64,000 nucleotides of DNA from Escherichia phage ukendt. Under the pieces are notes generated by a model. That model saw nothing but the letters and a program-made list of their open reading frames with translations, ran no database searches and was not told the DNA's origin. Below, in pieces: positions 9,691 to 18,586 of the stretch (its first letter is position 1; each line of letters starts with the position of its first letter). The translations under genes and the position numbers were made by a program. The stretch lies in sequence record NC_052661.1. One strand, written 5' to 3'.

Positions 9691-10775
9691 TAGAAGTCAA
9701 GCTCCTCATCATCAGAAAGATCTTTGTTAGCTGAATTCAACTTGTAATTAGTTAACTGAATCTCTTGGGCTGCTGACTGAATCAAATCAGGATTCAACCA
9801 TTTTTCCATCCAAGCTAAAGGACTATGTTTAGGTGCTTTAAACTTGGCTTTCATTTTCAATCGACGATAAATAGGAGCAGCATTGAAATAAACCCACTGT
9901 TTAGACAATTCGGCGTTAAGACCTACAATAAAACGACCTTCACTAAACAGGTAGTCACACCACTGTTCCTCTTGTTCAACAACAGTGTCGAGGATCAAAG
10001 TCAACTCTTCAATATTGTCTTCGTAAATTTTACGCCAAATTGGGTCATGCATCAATGCATCAATTACAGCATAATCCATCTTAACATGCAAGATTTCATC
10101 TAGCATAATTTTCTGGATCAGTTTACAAGCCCCAACAAACAGTTGTTGTTCTGCCATAGCAAAAGTAGCAGAGAAGGAAGATATGAACTGAATACCTTCT
10201 AATCCAATCAGGGCTACCATCCCTTTAAGAATCAGCAATCGAAGTTCATCGTTAGCTTCAATCAATCCTAGAGCATACTTATGACCAGCTTCTTCCAACT
10301 GACCCATGATATCAGCAATGATACCCATACGATTGAAAATTTTATCATTAATCATAATCTGATTGATGACTTCAATTGGATCTGGAGTACATTGACGGAT
10401 TATTTCAGAATATGTTAACGCATGGAGAACTTCCATTTCACTCTGCTTCATCATCATAGCACAGGCTTCATTGTTACTCAAGAATGGAGAGAACAAAGTG
10501 ATGATTGATTTTGCAAGAGAATCATTTTCCCATTGGAACGATAAGTTTTTAATCATAACATCATAGTTGTTTTTAGAACAAGCTACGAAATCTTTACGTG
10601 TCTGATCCAGATTGACTTCATTCTCATCCCAATCTTGTGCTTTTTGAAGTTTGTAGAGTTTATGCATTTCTGGATAAGTTACGTTAACAGAATCAAAAAT
10701 CCCTAATTGTTCTCCTAAAAATACTGGATATTTTCCTGTTTTGTAAACTTCATTGTGTAAATTAATTGCTGCCAT
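9690..10775 (-). CDS. nrdB: ribonucleotide reductase class Ia small subunit
   Basis: 361 aa, immediately downstream of nrdA; typical size and helical composition. Confidence 0.85.
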   Translation of the reverse strand: MAAINLHNEVYKTGKYPVFLGEQLGIFDSVNVTYPEMHKLYKLQKAQDWDENEVNLDQTRKDFVACSKNNYDVMIKNLSFQWENDSLAKSIITLFSPFLSNNEACAMMMKQSEMEVLHALTYSEIIRQCTPDPIEVINQIMINDKIFNRMGIIADIMGQLEEAGHKYALGLIEANDELRLLILKGMVALIGLEGIQFISSFSATFAMAEQQLFVGACKLIQKIMLDEILHVKMDYAVIDALMHDPIWRKIYEDNIEELTLILDTVVEQEEQWCDYLFSEGRFIVGLNAELSKQWVYFNAAPIYRRLKMKAKFKAPKHSPLAWMEKWLNPDLIQSAAQEIQLTNYKLNSANKDLSDDEELDF

Positions 10776-10792
10776 TTAAAATTCTCCTCAAT

Positions 10793-10812
10793 AAAAAGGG
10801 GCCGAAGCCCCT
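10793..10812 (-). terminator. intrinsic terminator/attenuator between nrdA and nrdB (hairpin copy 2)
   Basis: minus-strand RNA AGGGGC-UUCG-GCCCCU followed by UUUUUA, then SD and nrdB ATG. Confidence 0.5.
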
Positions 10813-10819
10813 AGTTTCA

Positions 10820-13060
10820 TCACATCTTGCAAGCTTCACAACCACCATCAGAATCTTCTTGTGCTAAAGAATCTGCTGATTTTGTTCTACTATTAAGGTA
10901 ATACAATGACTTACCACCCAGTCTAGCAAAGTTCAAAATAAATTTCATCTCTTCTTTAACTGATAAACGTCCCCCTACCAATTTAGAATAATCTAACCAA
11001 GAATCACAAGAAATTCCTTGGTCCGTAAACTTGGTAAAGATACCATACATTTCTGCAAGATCTTTAGCCGGAGTATCCCAGGCGGACTGGTAAAACATTT
11101 TCAGTTTTTCATAGTCTGGAACAATAAATAATACACTACCTTTCTGACTTTGTTTATACATAATAGTATCACGAACAGGATACAGAGAGTTAGTAGTATT
11201 GCTTACCAAACTGCTGGACTCATTAGGTGCAATAGCAGCCAAGACACTGTTACGGATACCACCTTGTTCAATGATTTCAGCACGTAAGCCTTCCCAGTCC
11301 ATTTTAAGATCAAAATTACCGATACTGTCTACTGTTTTAGCATAAGTGTCAATTGGTAGCCAACCTTGAGGCCATTTGGTTTTATCGATCCATTCCGCAT
11401 TGCCTTTTTCCTTAGCCAGACGCAGAGAGGCTTTTGCCAACCAAAAGTAATGACGTTCTGCAAGTTCATGCATTAATTTTTTAGCATAAGCATCTGAATA
11501 ATTTACAAAATTACTTGCCAAGTAATGCGCTAAGTTTGTAATGCCTACACCAATAGATCTACGTGCTTTAGCAGTTATTTCGTTATGTTTAAATGGATAA
11601 TCCATTGTTTCAATAACGTTGTCAATTGTCAATACAGTGTAGTATGCAACATCCTCATATTCTTCAGGTAAGACACGACCAGCAACAATAGAAGATAAGA
11701 AGCATAAAGCCAATTCTTGATCTTCTGTATTCTCACCAGTAAAGAGATCCGGCATACTGTGGAAAGCTTTAGTTGGTAAGAAGATCTCTTGACACAGGTT
11801 TGATTGATACACCGTATCCAGGAAAGGTGTATGGTTGTTAACGTTGTCAGCAAAGAACATGTAAATACGTCCTGTTTCTGCACGTTGAACAATAATCTCT
11901 GTCAGAAGATCACGAGCCTTAACAAATTTTTTCTTAATGCGACGACGGCTTACTTTGTCATAAACTGCATCAAACTCTTCTTCACTTTTATACAAAGCTT
12001 CATAAAGTTCAGGAGCATCATCACAACTAACTAACATCCAGTCTTCGTTTTTTGCTGCTCGACGCAAGAACGAACGGTTAACAACAATAGAATAATCTAG
12101 TTTGTCTACTCGTTTATCTATAGGTGTTGTTGGATTCTTCAGTCGAATCAGATCGTCGAAGTCTGGTTCAAGTATGGTAAAGGTAACTGTAGCACTACCT
12201 CCACGGCTTGCTTGCTTCGAAGCTCCAACACTATCTTCCATCCATTTCAGATACGGAAGAAGACCACCATGAATAATACGATTATTCTTAACACCTTGAC
12301 CTGTGGCACGAGTTTGAAGATTAACACCAATACCTGCGTTATTCAACGTATACTCATGAGCTAAGTAATTAGCAATGGCTAAAGATTCTGCCGTATCGTC
12401 TGCACGGAATAAACAACAAGACGCACTTCCTTTGATTGGAGTTCGTAGAGTTGTCAGATACGGCGATGGCAGATTAATCTTAAGATCGCTAACATAAGTA
12501 TAAAGTTTTTTAATATCTTCTATACGGCGTTCTTTTGGTTGGATCTCCATAACCTTCATTGCGATACCAATGAAAAGAAACTGTGGAGACTCATGCACCA
12601 CATCGTTTACTGCATCTCGAATAAGATATTTATCTACCATCTGACGTAAAACAGAATAACCATAAGTTAGATTTTTATTATGCTTTACAATCTTACCGAT
12701 TTCTTTGATCTCTTCATCAGTATAATCCATTTTAGCCCAATGTCCACGTTCTACCATATCATGATAAAAGGTATTCAGTGAAGGGATACTGTGGTATCCC
12801 CCATGAGCCTGTTTGTAAATCATACCCAGAAGAAGCCTTCCTGCCATATCACTGTAAGCTTGTGTTTTCTTGTCAATACACGCTGCAATCATTGCTTTAT
12901 GCAGATCACGTGTAGACACACCGTCATAACACCGCTTCACAGCTTCTAATTCAATTTCAGACCAGTTTAGTTTACCTGCTGCAAATTCAGACCACTTGCG
13001 AAGTTTTTCTGGATTAAACTCCTCTGTCTTACCGTTAGATTTAGTTACAAAACGAATCAA
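10820..13060 (-). CDS. nrdA: ribonucleotide reductase class Ia large subunit
   Basis: 746 aa; N-terminal ATP-cone-like region; active-site SNLCQEI (NxCxE); C-terminal Cys pair CEACKM. Confidence 0.9.
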   Translation of the reverse strand: MIRFVTKSNGKTEEFNPEKLRKWSEFAAGKLNWSEIELEAVKRCYDGVSTRDLHKAMIAACIDKKTQAYSDMAGRLLLGMIYKQAHGGYHSIPSLNTFYHDMVERGHWAKMDYTDEEIKEIGKIVKHNKNLTYGYSVLRQMVDKYLIRDAVNDVVHESPQFLFIGIAMKVMEIQPKERRIEDIKKLYTYVSDLKINLPSPYLTTLRTPIKGSASCCLFRADDTAESLAIANYLAHEYTLNNAGIGVNLQTRATGQGVKNNRIIHGGLLPYLKWMEDSVGASKQASRGGSATVTFTILEPDFDDLIRLKNPTTPIDKRVDKLDYSIVVNRSFLRRAAKNEDWMLVSCDDAPELYEALYKSEEEFDAVYDKVSRRRIKKKFVKARDLLTEIIVQRAETGRIYMFFADNVNNHTPFLDTVYQSNLCQEIFLPTKAFHSMPDLFTGENTEDQELALCFLSSIVAGRVLPEEYEDVAYYTVLTIDNVIETMDYPFKHNEITAKARRSIGVGITNLAHYLASNFVNYSDAYAKKLMHELAERHYFWLAKASLRLAKEKGNAEWIDKTKWPQGWLPIDTYAKTVDSIGNFDLKMDWEGLRAEIIEQGGIRNSVLAAIAPNESSSLVSNTTNSLYPVRDTIMYKQSQKGSVLFIVPDYEKLKMFYQSAWDTPAKDLAEMYGIFTKFTDQGISCDSWLDYSKLVGGRLSVKEEMKFILNFARLGGKSLYYLNSRTKSADSLAQEDSDGGCEACKM

Positions 13061-13076
13061 CTTCTCCTCCCTATTA

Positions 13077-13331
13077 TTAATGCATATTCAAAACATCTAC
13101 ATCATAACCGAACTTCATTTCATTAAAAAGTCCATTAGCATATAGAAAACCTTCAAAATGAGTTATGTCATCAAACCCTTTTGCTTTTGCTCGACGGTCT
13201 GCTTCTTGTCTTTTAGGAGATAAACGTTTTGAAGTGTCTAGAATTACAGTTACATTACAACCAACAGTTTCATCAAAATAGACTTCGATTTCACAGCCTT
13301 CATATTTATTATCAGTCATTGTCCCTCTCAT
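13077..13331 (-). CDS. hypothetical protein (84 aa)
   Basis: ORF with start/stop overlap. Confidence 0.45.
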   Translation of the reverse strand: MRGTMTDNKYEGCEIEVYFDETVGCNVTVILDTSKRLSPKRQEADRRAKAKGFDDITHFEGFLYANGLFNEMKFGYDVDVLNMH

Positions 13332-13738
13332 TGATTAGTATCATCTGCTTTCGCAGGATCATAAGAGTTACCGAAATCATCCATCTTAATATGTGACGCA
13401 CCCCAACCTGTAAATTCTTCATCACCAAAATGAAAAATATCATTTTCTTGATAGATTCGTTTAAAACCACAATTAGGTGAAACAGGGAAAGTGAAAAGCG
13501 TTGTATTTGCAAACACTACTCGCTTATCGTTATTGCTTCGGATATTCACATTACGCTCAACAGAATAGTGTGAATCTTCAGCCATACCCAGCATTACAAG
13601 CGACGCTCTAATAACAGCATTTTGTTTCTCGTGTGGGATATTACCATTGTGTTTATTTGATTCTAGTTTCCAGATAGGGGTAGACATTACAGTAGACATG
13701 CTTACGGTAGCCCAAGTTGTAGTATTTACTAATGACAT
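13328..13738 (-). CDS. hypothetical protein (~136 aa)
   Basis: start set at internal ATG (SD AAGGAG); the track's GTG start at 13771 lies inside an upstream hairpin GGGAGGAGGTGAGTCCTCCC. Confidence 0.45.
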   Translation of the reverse strand: MSLVNTTTWATVSMSTVMSTPIWKLESNKHNGNIPHEKQNAVIRASLVMLGMAEDSHYSVERNVNIRSNNDKRVVFANTTLFTFPVSPNCGFKRIYQENDIFHFGDEEFTGWGASHIKMDDFGNSYDPAKADDTNQ

Positions 13739-13836
13739 ATTTTCTCCTTCATTTTGAATGGGAGGACTCACCTCCTCCCAGTATTGTGCTATATTATACT
13801 AAAACTAATACTAAAGTCAATAACTATTTAAACAGA

Positions 13837-14835
13837 TCACCATTTAGTATGATTTGTTAAAAGTTGACGATGTTGAATCCAGCCTTTGAAATTGCCAGAC
13901 CAAAACTTACCATTACGATCTACATGGGTAATACCTGGTTCCCAAGAGTTAAAATCCCAAGGAGCATTGATAAACAAATCTTCAAAACAGTTCTCTCCAT
14001 ATTGTTCGCATGTTTCTTGAATTGGAGTGGCTTGATGTTCAAACGGAGAAGCATGAACCTTGCGCCCAGTCAGCAAGCGACCATAGATATCTAAAGCTTT
14101 ATCTTTAGTTGCATTTAAACGACGATAGCTAACCTGTGCACAACATGAAGCTGAAATAGCTTTGGCTTCTTCCAAAGTAAGCACAACAACTTCTCCAGAT
14201 TCATCTTGAACGTAGTATCCACCAAAAACAAAATGATCGTCACCTTCTGTGCCAATATTATCGTAGAAATGGTCTACATAAGGTGTGTGCCATTGCCCTG
14301 GTTTCAGAACTTCTGGTGTAGATCCTTCATACTCTTTGTGCATCTCTTTAGCCAAAGCTTCGATAGTAGGATCGGCTTCTTTGTCATCACGTAGCCACCA
14401 GAAATTTTCATATTCTGTTGCTGTCAGAACTGTTTTAATTCGTTGGAAAGGTTCCAGAAGACGGTTTGCAACTTGTTTGTGGTACCCTGCCAAAGAGAAT
14501 TCTTCTGCAAAACGTGCTGCACTAAGCGCGGCAAGATCCCACCACTCTTGAGCAGTATAACCTGCATCAATAAGAGCGTCATGATCAACACCTTTATCCT
14601 GCATACCAGGTTGGTTAGCCCCAAAACGATAAGGACGAGCAGGTTGATTTCGCACCATTTCAATCAGTGTTTTAACAGGTATAGCACGGCTAGAAGCAGC
14701 ATTACGACTGAACAGGCGGTGAGTCATCAATTCTGAATGAATAATACGTGGATATTCTAGTTCAAAAGTTACAATCTCTTTTCCGTCTTCAGTGATGGAA
14801 TGCGCAATAATACTAGCCGAAATCTGTTTTGTCAT
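13837..14835 (-). CDS. ThyX-like flavin-dependent thymidylate synthase homologue (extended)
   Basis: MTHRLFSRNAASSR matches the ThyX (R)HRxxSxxxxSxR motif; 332 aa is ~80-100 aa longer than typical ThyX. Confidence 0.55.
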   Translation of the reverse strand: MTKQISASIIAHSITEDGKEIVTFELEYPRIIHSELMTHRLFSRNAASSRAIPVKTLIEMVRNQPARPYRFGANQPGMQDKGVDHDALIDAGYTAQEWWDLAALSAARFAEEFSLAGYHKQVANRLLEPFQRIKTVLTATEYENFWWLRDDKEADPTIEALAKEMHKEYEGSTPEVLKPGQWHTPYVDHFYDNIGTEGDDHFVFGGYYVQDESGEVVVLTLEEAKAISASCCAQVSYRRLNATKDKALDIYGRLLTGRKVHASPFEHQATPIQETCEQYGENCFEDLFINAPWDFNSWEPGITHVDRNGKFWSGNFKGWIQHRQLLTNHTKW

Positions 14836-14844
14836 TTTTTCTCC

Positions 14845-15453
14845 TTAGTTTTTAAAATTGTTCAAAGTGTTAAAAACATCCAAACATGTTAGCCACTGAT
14901 CTTCTAAACCTGTGATCACAACATTTGGTTTTTTCTTTAGTTCTTCTAGATGGTTATCTTTATAAGGCGTATTAAAATATATTTTAACCACTTCATCTGG
15001 AAAATATAGTAGGTTATCAGCCCTGTCATCTATTGCTATATCACAAGGCAATAAGTATTTTTCTTTCGTAGCAAAAAAGCCGTTACCAGATCCTTTGCTA
15101 AAATCAATCGTATCTAACGTTCTTAAAACATGCTTATGTTTAGAACTTAAGTGACCACCTTTTGTCACACTTGCGATCAAAAGATTGCTACCTTTCCTTG
15201 AAACATACTTTAAGAAATCTGGCATACCTGGAACAAAACCCATTGTATCATAGAGATGAGGATTATCCAGAAATCCGTAAGGATCTATATTGAACTCCTC
15301 CCTGAAACCAGGAAAGTAGTTGGTAAGATCATAGTCTGCATTTTTTGTGAATGTGTCTATCTTAACACCAAGTCCACTAATCTTATTCAACCATTCTAAC
15401 CAAGCAATATCTAATGGAGCCACAACTAAATCCCAATCACATACTATCTGCAT
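14845..15453 (-). CDS. HAD-superfamily phosphatase, probable 5'(3')-deoxyribonucleotidase
   Basis: N-terminal DxD nucleophile (VCDWDLV) and later IAIDDRADN (motif IV-like). Confidence 0.45.
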   Translation of the reverse strand: MQIVCDWDLVVAPLDIAWLEWLNKISGLGVKIDTFTKNADYDLTNYFPGFREEFNIDPYGFLDNPHLYDTMGFVPGMPDFLKYVSRKGSNLLIASVTKGGHLSSKHKHVLRTLDTIDFSKGSGNGFFATKEKYLLPCDIAIDDRADNLLYFPDEVVKIYFNTPYKDNHLEELKKKPNVVITGLEDQWLTCLDVFNTLNNFKN

Positions 15454-15489
15454 AAAACCTCCTCTCTCTTTTAGTATAGTTATCTTATA

Positions 15490-16065
15490 CTAACTTTCAA
15501 TTTCCTGCAATAGGATTTTGACTATTTGTTTACGGCGTTTTGCTACTGTGCTTTCAGGTTCTATTTTACGCTTCTTCAGCCACGCTTTATCTTTCTTAGC
15601 TCTACACAAAGCTATCGCTTCTTTTTCAGCTTTTGCTTCTTCAAAAGATATGTCTTGCTTGTCTGCATAAGCAAGAATAGAGTTGCACAATTTACAAACC
15701 ATTCGCAAATCTTCTTCTTTCACATAGATCAAACGGAAAACAAAAAGGGGAATATCCTCAAAACATTGAAGTTGTTTTGCTGCGTGAATATGATCCACTT
15801 GGAAGTCTTTCATTCCTCCTTTATGTCCACATATTTCGCACTCACAATTCCAAACTTGTTTTGGTTTTCCAGTTTTCTTGTCTATCATTACATTGCCGTC
15901 TTTATCTACACGATCAACTTTAAAACGCCTTGCATTGATAACCTTAATTTTATTAGGGTGTCTCATCCATGCTTTTCTAAAACATCCCCTAAGATAAGTA
16001 TAAAATTCAGCTTGTGTTTTCCAGGGTGTTCCTTCACCCCACATTATTTTTGGTTCACCTGCCAA
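15490..16065 (-). CDS. HNH endonuclease (free-standing, homing-type)
   Basis: CECEICGHK...VDHIHA...CKLCN (Cys/His HNH pattern); TTG start. Confidence 0.55.
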   Translation of the reverse strand: MAGEPKIMWGEGTPWKTQAEFYTYLRGCFRKAWMRHPNKIKVINARRFKVDRVDKDGNVMIDKKTGKPKQVWNCECEICGHKGGMKDFQVDHIHAAKQLQCFEDIPLFVFRLIYVKEEDLRMVCKLCNSILAYADKQDISFEEAKAEKEAIALCRAKKDKAWLKKRKIEPESTVAKRRKQIVKILLQEIES

Positions 16066-16111
16066 TATTGCTCACCTTTTTAGCTGTATATTCCCCTGGT
16101 GGGATATTATG

Positions 16112-16144
16112 TTTAAAAAACAAAAGGCGGTCTAACCCCGCCTT
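16112..16144 (-). terminator. intrinsic terminator (minus strand)
   Basis: 7-bp stem AAGGCGG/CCGCCTT, 7-nt loop, U-tract in transcript orientation. Confidence 0.5.
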
Positions 16145-16232
16145 GCACATTGTTTCTGGAATAGTCAAAGTTAGTAAAAGTTTATCACCTTTTCGGTTGA
16201 ATATTTTATAAACTTCTCCTGCTCCATATTGT

Positions 16233-16634
16233 TTAGTATTGCTCGCCACTAATACGTTCCTTAAGTTGTTTAATAGCTTCAACTGCATCTACATAAGAAG
16301 AGTTATACATGTGTTTCAGTGCCACTCGGATTAAAGGATCTTTTGTGAAGAAATCAATAAGAAGCATAGCTTGATCATGTTTAGCTGCATTTGTCATAGA
16401 TGGATAATTTTCACGAACCATATACGTGTTATTTTGCATAAGGGTTCTTTCTAGTTCAATACAATGAATAGCTTTATCTAGGTTAATCTGACGTTCACCT
16501 TTAATACGTGTTGCATATTTTGCCAATTTGCAAAAACAAGGTGTGCCACCAACCAAATAAGCTAGTTCAATAGGTTGCATTGCCATTTTTGTGTAGTGAT
16601 CACCGTCAACCTGATTATCAAAAGCATTAGACAT
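16233..16634 (-). CDS. hypothetical protein (133 aa)
   Basis: ORF; motifs GDHY, QPIEL; function unknown. Confidence 0.5.
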   Translation of the reverse strand: MSNAFDNQVDGDHYTKMAMQPIELAYLVGGTPCFCKLAKYATRIKGERQINLDKAIHCIELERTLMQNNTYMVRENYPSMTNAAKHDQAMLLIDFFTKDPLIRVALKHMYNSSYVDAVEAIKQLKERISGEQY

Positions 16635-16854
16635 AATTTTCCTCCTGAATTCCTACTGCGCCTTCTTCTGGGTAGTCTGTATAATAAGCTACCCTACCTT
16701 GATAGATAACATCACCATCATTATTGTAGATTGCTGTATCTTCTTGAATTGTTATTTCAACATCAAGTAAATCTGGGTCTTTCTCGATGGTATAGTTCAA
16801 ACCTAACATTTCAAACAGTTCGAAAATTTCGTTACCTGTTAATGTAATGCTCAT
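16627..16854 (-). CDS. hypothetical protein (75 aa)
   Basis: start set at ATG 16854 with SD AAGGAGG; the track's GTG start 16890 lies in the promoter region. Confidence 0.45.
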   Translation of the reverse strand: MSITLTGNEIFELFEMLGLNYTIEKDPDLLDVEITIQEDTAIYNNDGDVIYQGRVAYYTDYPEEGAVGIQEENYV

Positions 16855-16881
16855 ATTTCCTCCTTTTATTGTGGTTAGCAG

Positions 16882-16910
16882 AGTATACACTAATATAAAA
16901 TTTTTGTCAA
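16882..16910 (-). promoter_or_regulatory. sigma70-like promoter TTGACA-N17-TATACT (minus strand)
   Basis: read on reverse complement: aTTGACAaaaattttatattagtgTATACT. Confidence 0.45.
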
Positions 16911-16911
16911 T

Positions 16912-16934
16912 AAAAAAGGGAGCAATAAGCTCCC
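16912..16934 (-). terminator. intrinsic terminator (minus strand)
   Basis: hairpin GGGAGC-aataa-GCTCCC followed by U6 on minus-strand transcript. Confidence 0.55.
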
Positions 16935-16940
16935 TGATTA

Positions 16941-17900
16941 TTAGATTCCAATGATAGTTGCTGCTCGTTTATCCTTGGATCTGGTGTTTGCTCTACTACG
17001 TGACAAACCTCCGCAAGATTCACAACGAATGATATCGAAAGAACTTACCGCAGTGTGGTATTGTTTACCAGTAACAACGTGAACGTGATCACTGCCACAA
17101 CGAGAACAACGGACCTTCTCATCTGGGTAATAAGCGGATAAGTTAGGATGCTGCGGAATCCACGGAAGGATTTTCATATACAAATCACGGAGTGAAACAA
17201 CATCACCATCATTGTAAATCTGCATACGTTCAAAAGCATCACGATCACCTTCACAACATGCTTTCCATAAAGGGAACCCCTCGTTATCCAGTTTTTCACT
17301 TTCTGTTTCGAAATATGCTCCCATTTCTTTAAGGGAGTTGGAAGGAAGTGCAAATTGTTTCTTAGCTGCCTTCAATGTATCAACAACTACATAATTAGAA
17401 GGAGGAGCCATATCGTGATATGCAAATCGTTGGTTAATGTATGCACGGTCAAACTTATATCCGTTGTGTGCCACAACTACATCTGCCTCATTCAGAAGGT
17501 TCCAAAGATCTTGGCAAAGCTCCCAATCATCTGTATGATCAATATCAAAAAGAGGATAAGAAGACAAGTTCTTACCTTCTACCTCACCAGTATACAGGTC
17601 AGCAGAAGAGTAAGATAACAAATAACCCCTACGAATTACTTGATCTGGAGAAATGAAGGCTTTGAATCGACGGAAAGTATATGCAATCTCTGGTGCAGTT
17701 TCAACATCAATAATTTTAATAACTGGTTGTTTCTTTTTAACTGGCTCTTGTTTACTTGCTCCAAATCGTGCAAGGAAATCGTTCACTGTGCTTTTTCTTG
17801 TTGGACTACCTAAAACAATTGCTGCAATATTGCGAGAAGACATACCCTCTGCACTCATACTAAGGATATCTGCTTTCTGCTCTTCTGTTAATCTGCTCAC
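16941..17900 (-). CDS. DEDD-family 3'-5' exonuclease with N-terminal HTH and C-terminal zinc ribbon
   Basis: Exo I IIDVETAP, Exo II VVAHNGYKFD, Exo III YNDGDVVSLRDLY; N-terminal HTH-like LSMSAEGMSSRNIAAIV; CSRCGSDH...CESCGG. Confidence 0.55.
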   Translation of the reverse strand: MSRLTEEQKADILSMSAEGMSSRNIAAIVLGSPTRKSTVNDFLARFGASKQEPVKKKQPVIKIIDVETAPEIAYTFRRFKAFISPDQVIRRGYLLSYSSADLYTGEVEGKNLSSYPLFDIDHTDDWELCQDLWNLLNEADVVVAHNGYKFDRAYINQRFAYHDMAPPSNYVVVDTLKAAKKQFALPSNSLKEMGAYFETESEKLDNEGFPLWKACCEGDRDAFERMQIYNDGDVVSLRDLYMKILPWIPQHPNLSAYYPDEKVRCSRCGSDHVHVVTGKQYHTAVSSFDIIRCESCGGLSRSRANTRSKDKRAATIIGI

Positions 17901-18586
17901 TCTGCCTCCTGTTGCGAGATGTATGACTGAAGCATACTCTCAAATGTTGTATCGTCATTATCCCAGCGTTTCATGTATACCAACTGGAAAATTGTTTCTA
18001 TCCATTCATCTGTTGTCATATGGACTTCTTCTCCATCCCAAGAAGTAAAATTAACACCATCTGGGAACCATGAGTAGTAAGTATCTTTAACTGTTTGGAA
18101 AAGTTCTGCTTGAGTTTTACAAGCTGAAAGAAGATTAAAACAAGTAATATCTCCGAACTTAATATCAAAATCTTGATAAGGTCGGATACTATCTGTTTTA
18201 TCTCCCATTAGCATCTGATATGCTAACCAGTAACTGCCCCAACCTTTAACTTCTTTCTTTTTACCTTTATCTACGATCCATATATCGCCAATAGACTCGT
18301 CAATAAGAATTATATCTGGATTTTTAAATACTCCATCCTCTTTGTAGAAATTAAAAAGGATACTAGGAGTATGTAAACTATCTTTATCTATAGACACTAC
18401 GATATAAGAAAATTTACCCGTCCTTTTATAATCTTTATAACCTTGGAAACCATACTTCTCTAACTCATCATCAGCTTCTATTACAGTAACAACATCACCA
18501 TTGTGGAACTCCACAAGATAATCTTTGGTTTCTGAAAGCTGAAGTGGTTTGATATCTAATCGTTCAGATTTATATTCTACAGGCAT
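17897..18586 (-). CDS. hypothetical nuclease-like protein (229 aa from ATG; frame stays open a further 147 codons upstream)
   Basis: ORF from track; IDKDS, ILIDESIGD, LMGDKTDSI acidic motifs; see finding on the start-less extension. Confidence 0.5.
   Translation of the reverse strand: MPVEYKSERLDIKPLQLSETKDYLVEFHNGDVVTVIEADDELEKYGFQGYKDYKRTGKFSYIVVSIDKDSLHTPSILFNFYKEDGVFKNPDIILIDESIGDIWIVDKGKKKEVKGWGSYWLAYQMLMGDKTDSIRPYQDFDIKFGDITCFNLLSACKTQAELFQTVKDTYYSWFPDGVNFTSWDGEEVHMTTDEWIETIFQLVYMKRWDNDDTTFESMLQSYISQQEAE

Noticed and set aside
9690-13060. Group I intron or intein interrupting nrdA/nrdB, as in some T4-like phages
   Set aside because: Both reading frames are continuous and of normal length with active-site motifs in place; only a hairpin/attenuator lies between the two genes.
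4648-13060. Classification as a T4-like phage, prompted by the T4-type lysozyme, Rnl1/Pnk homologues and nrdAB
   Set aside because: The capsid is lambda gpE/gpD-like at ~333 aa rather than gp23-like, the tail module is P2/Mu-like, and promoters are sigma70-type; the T4-like genes appear to be individually shared modules.
16055-16288. 77-aa minus-strand ORF between the HNH gene and ORF 16233..16634
   Set aside because: It overlaps the 3' end of the upstream gene by 56 nt and runs through an intrinsic terminator hairpin (16112..16144); more likely non-coding.
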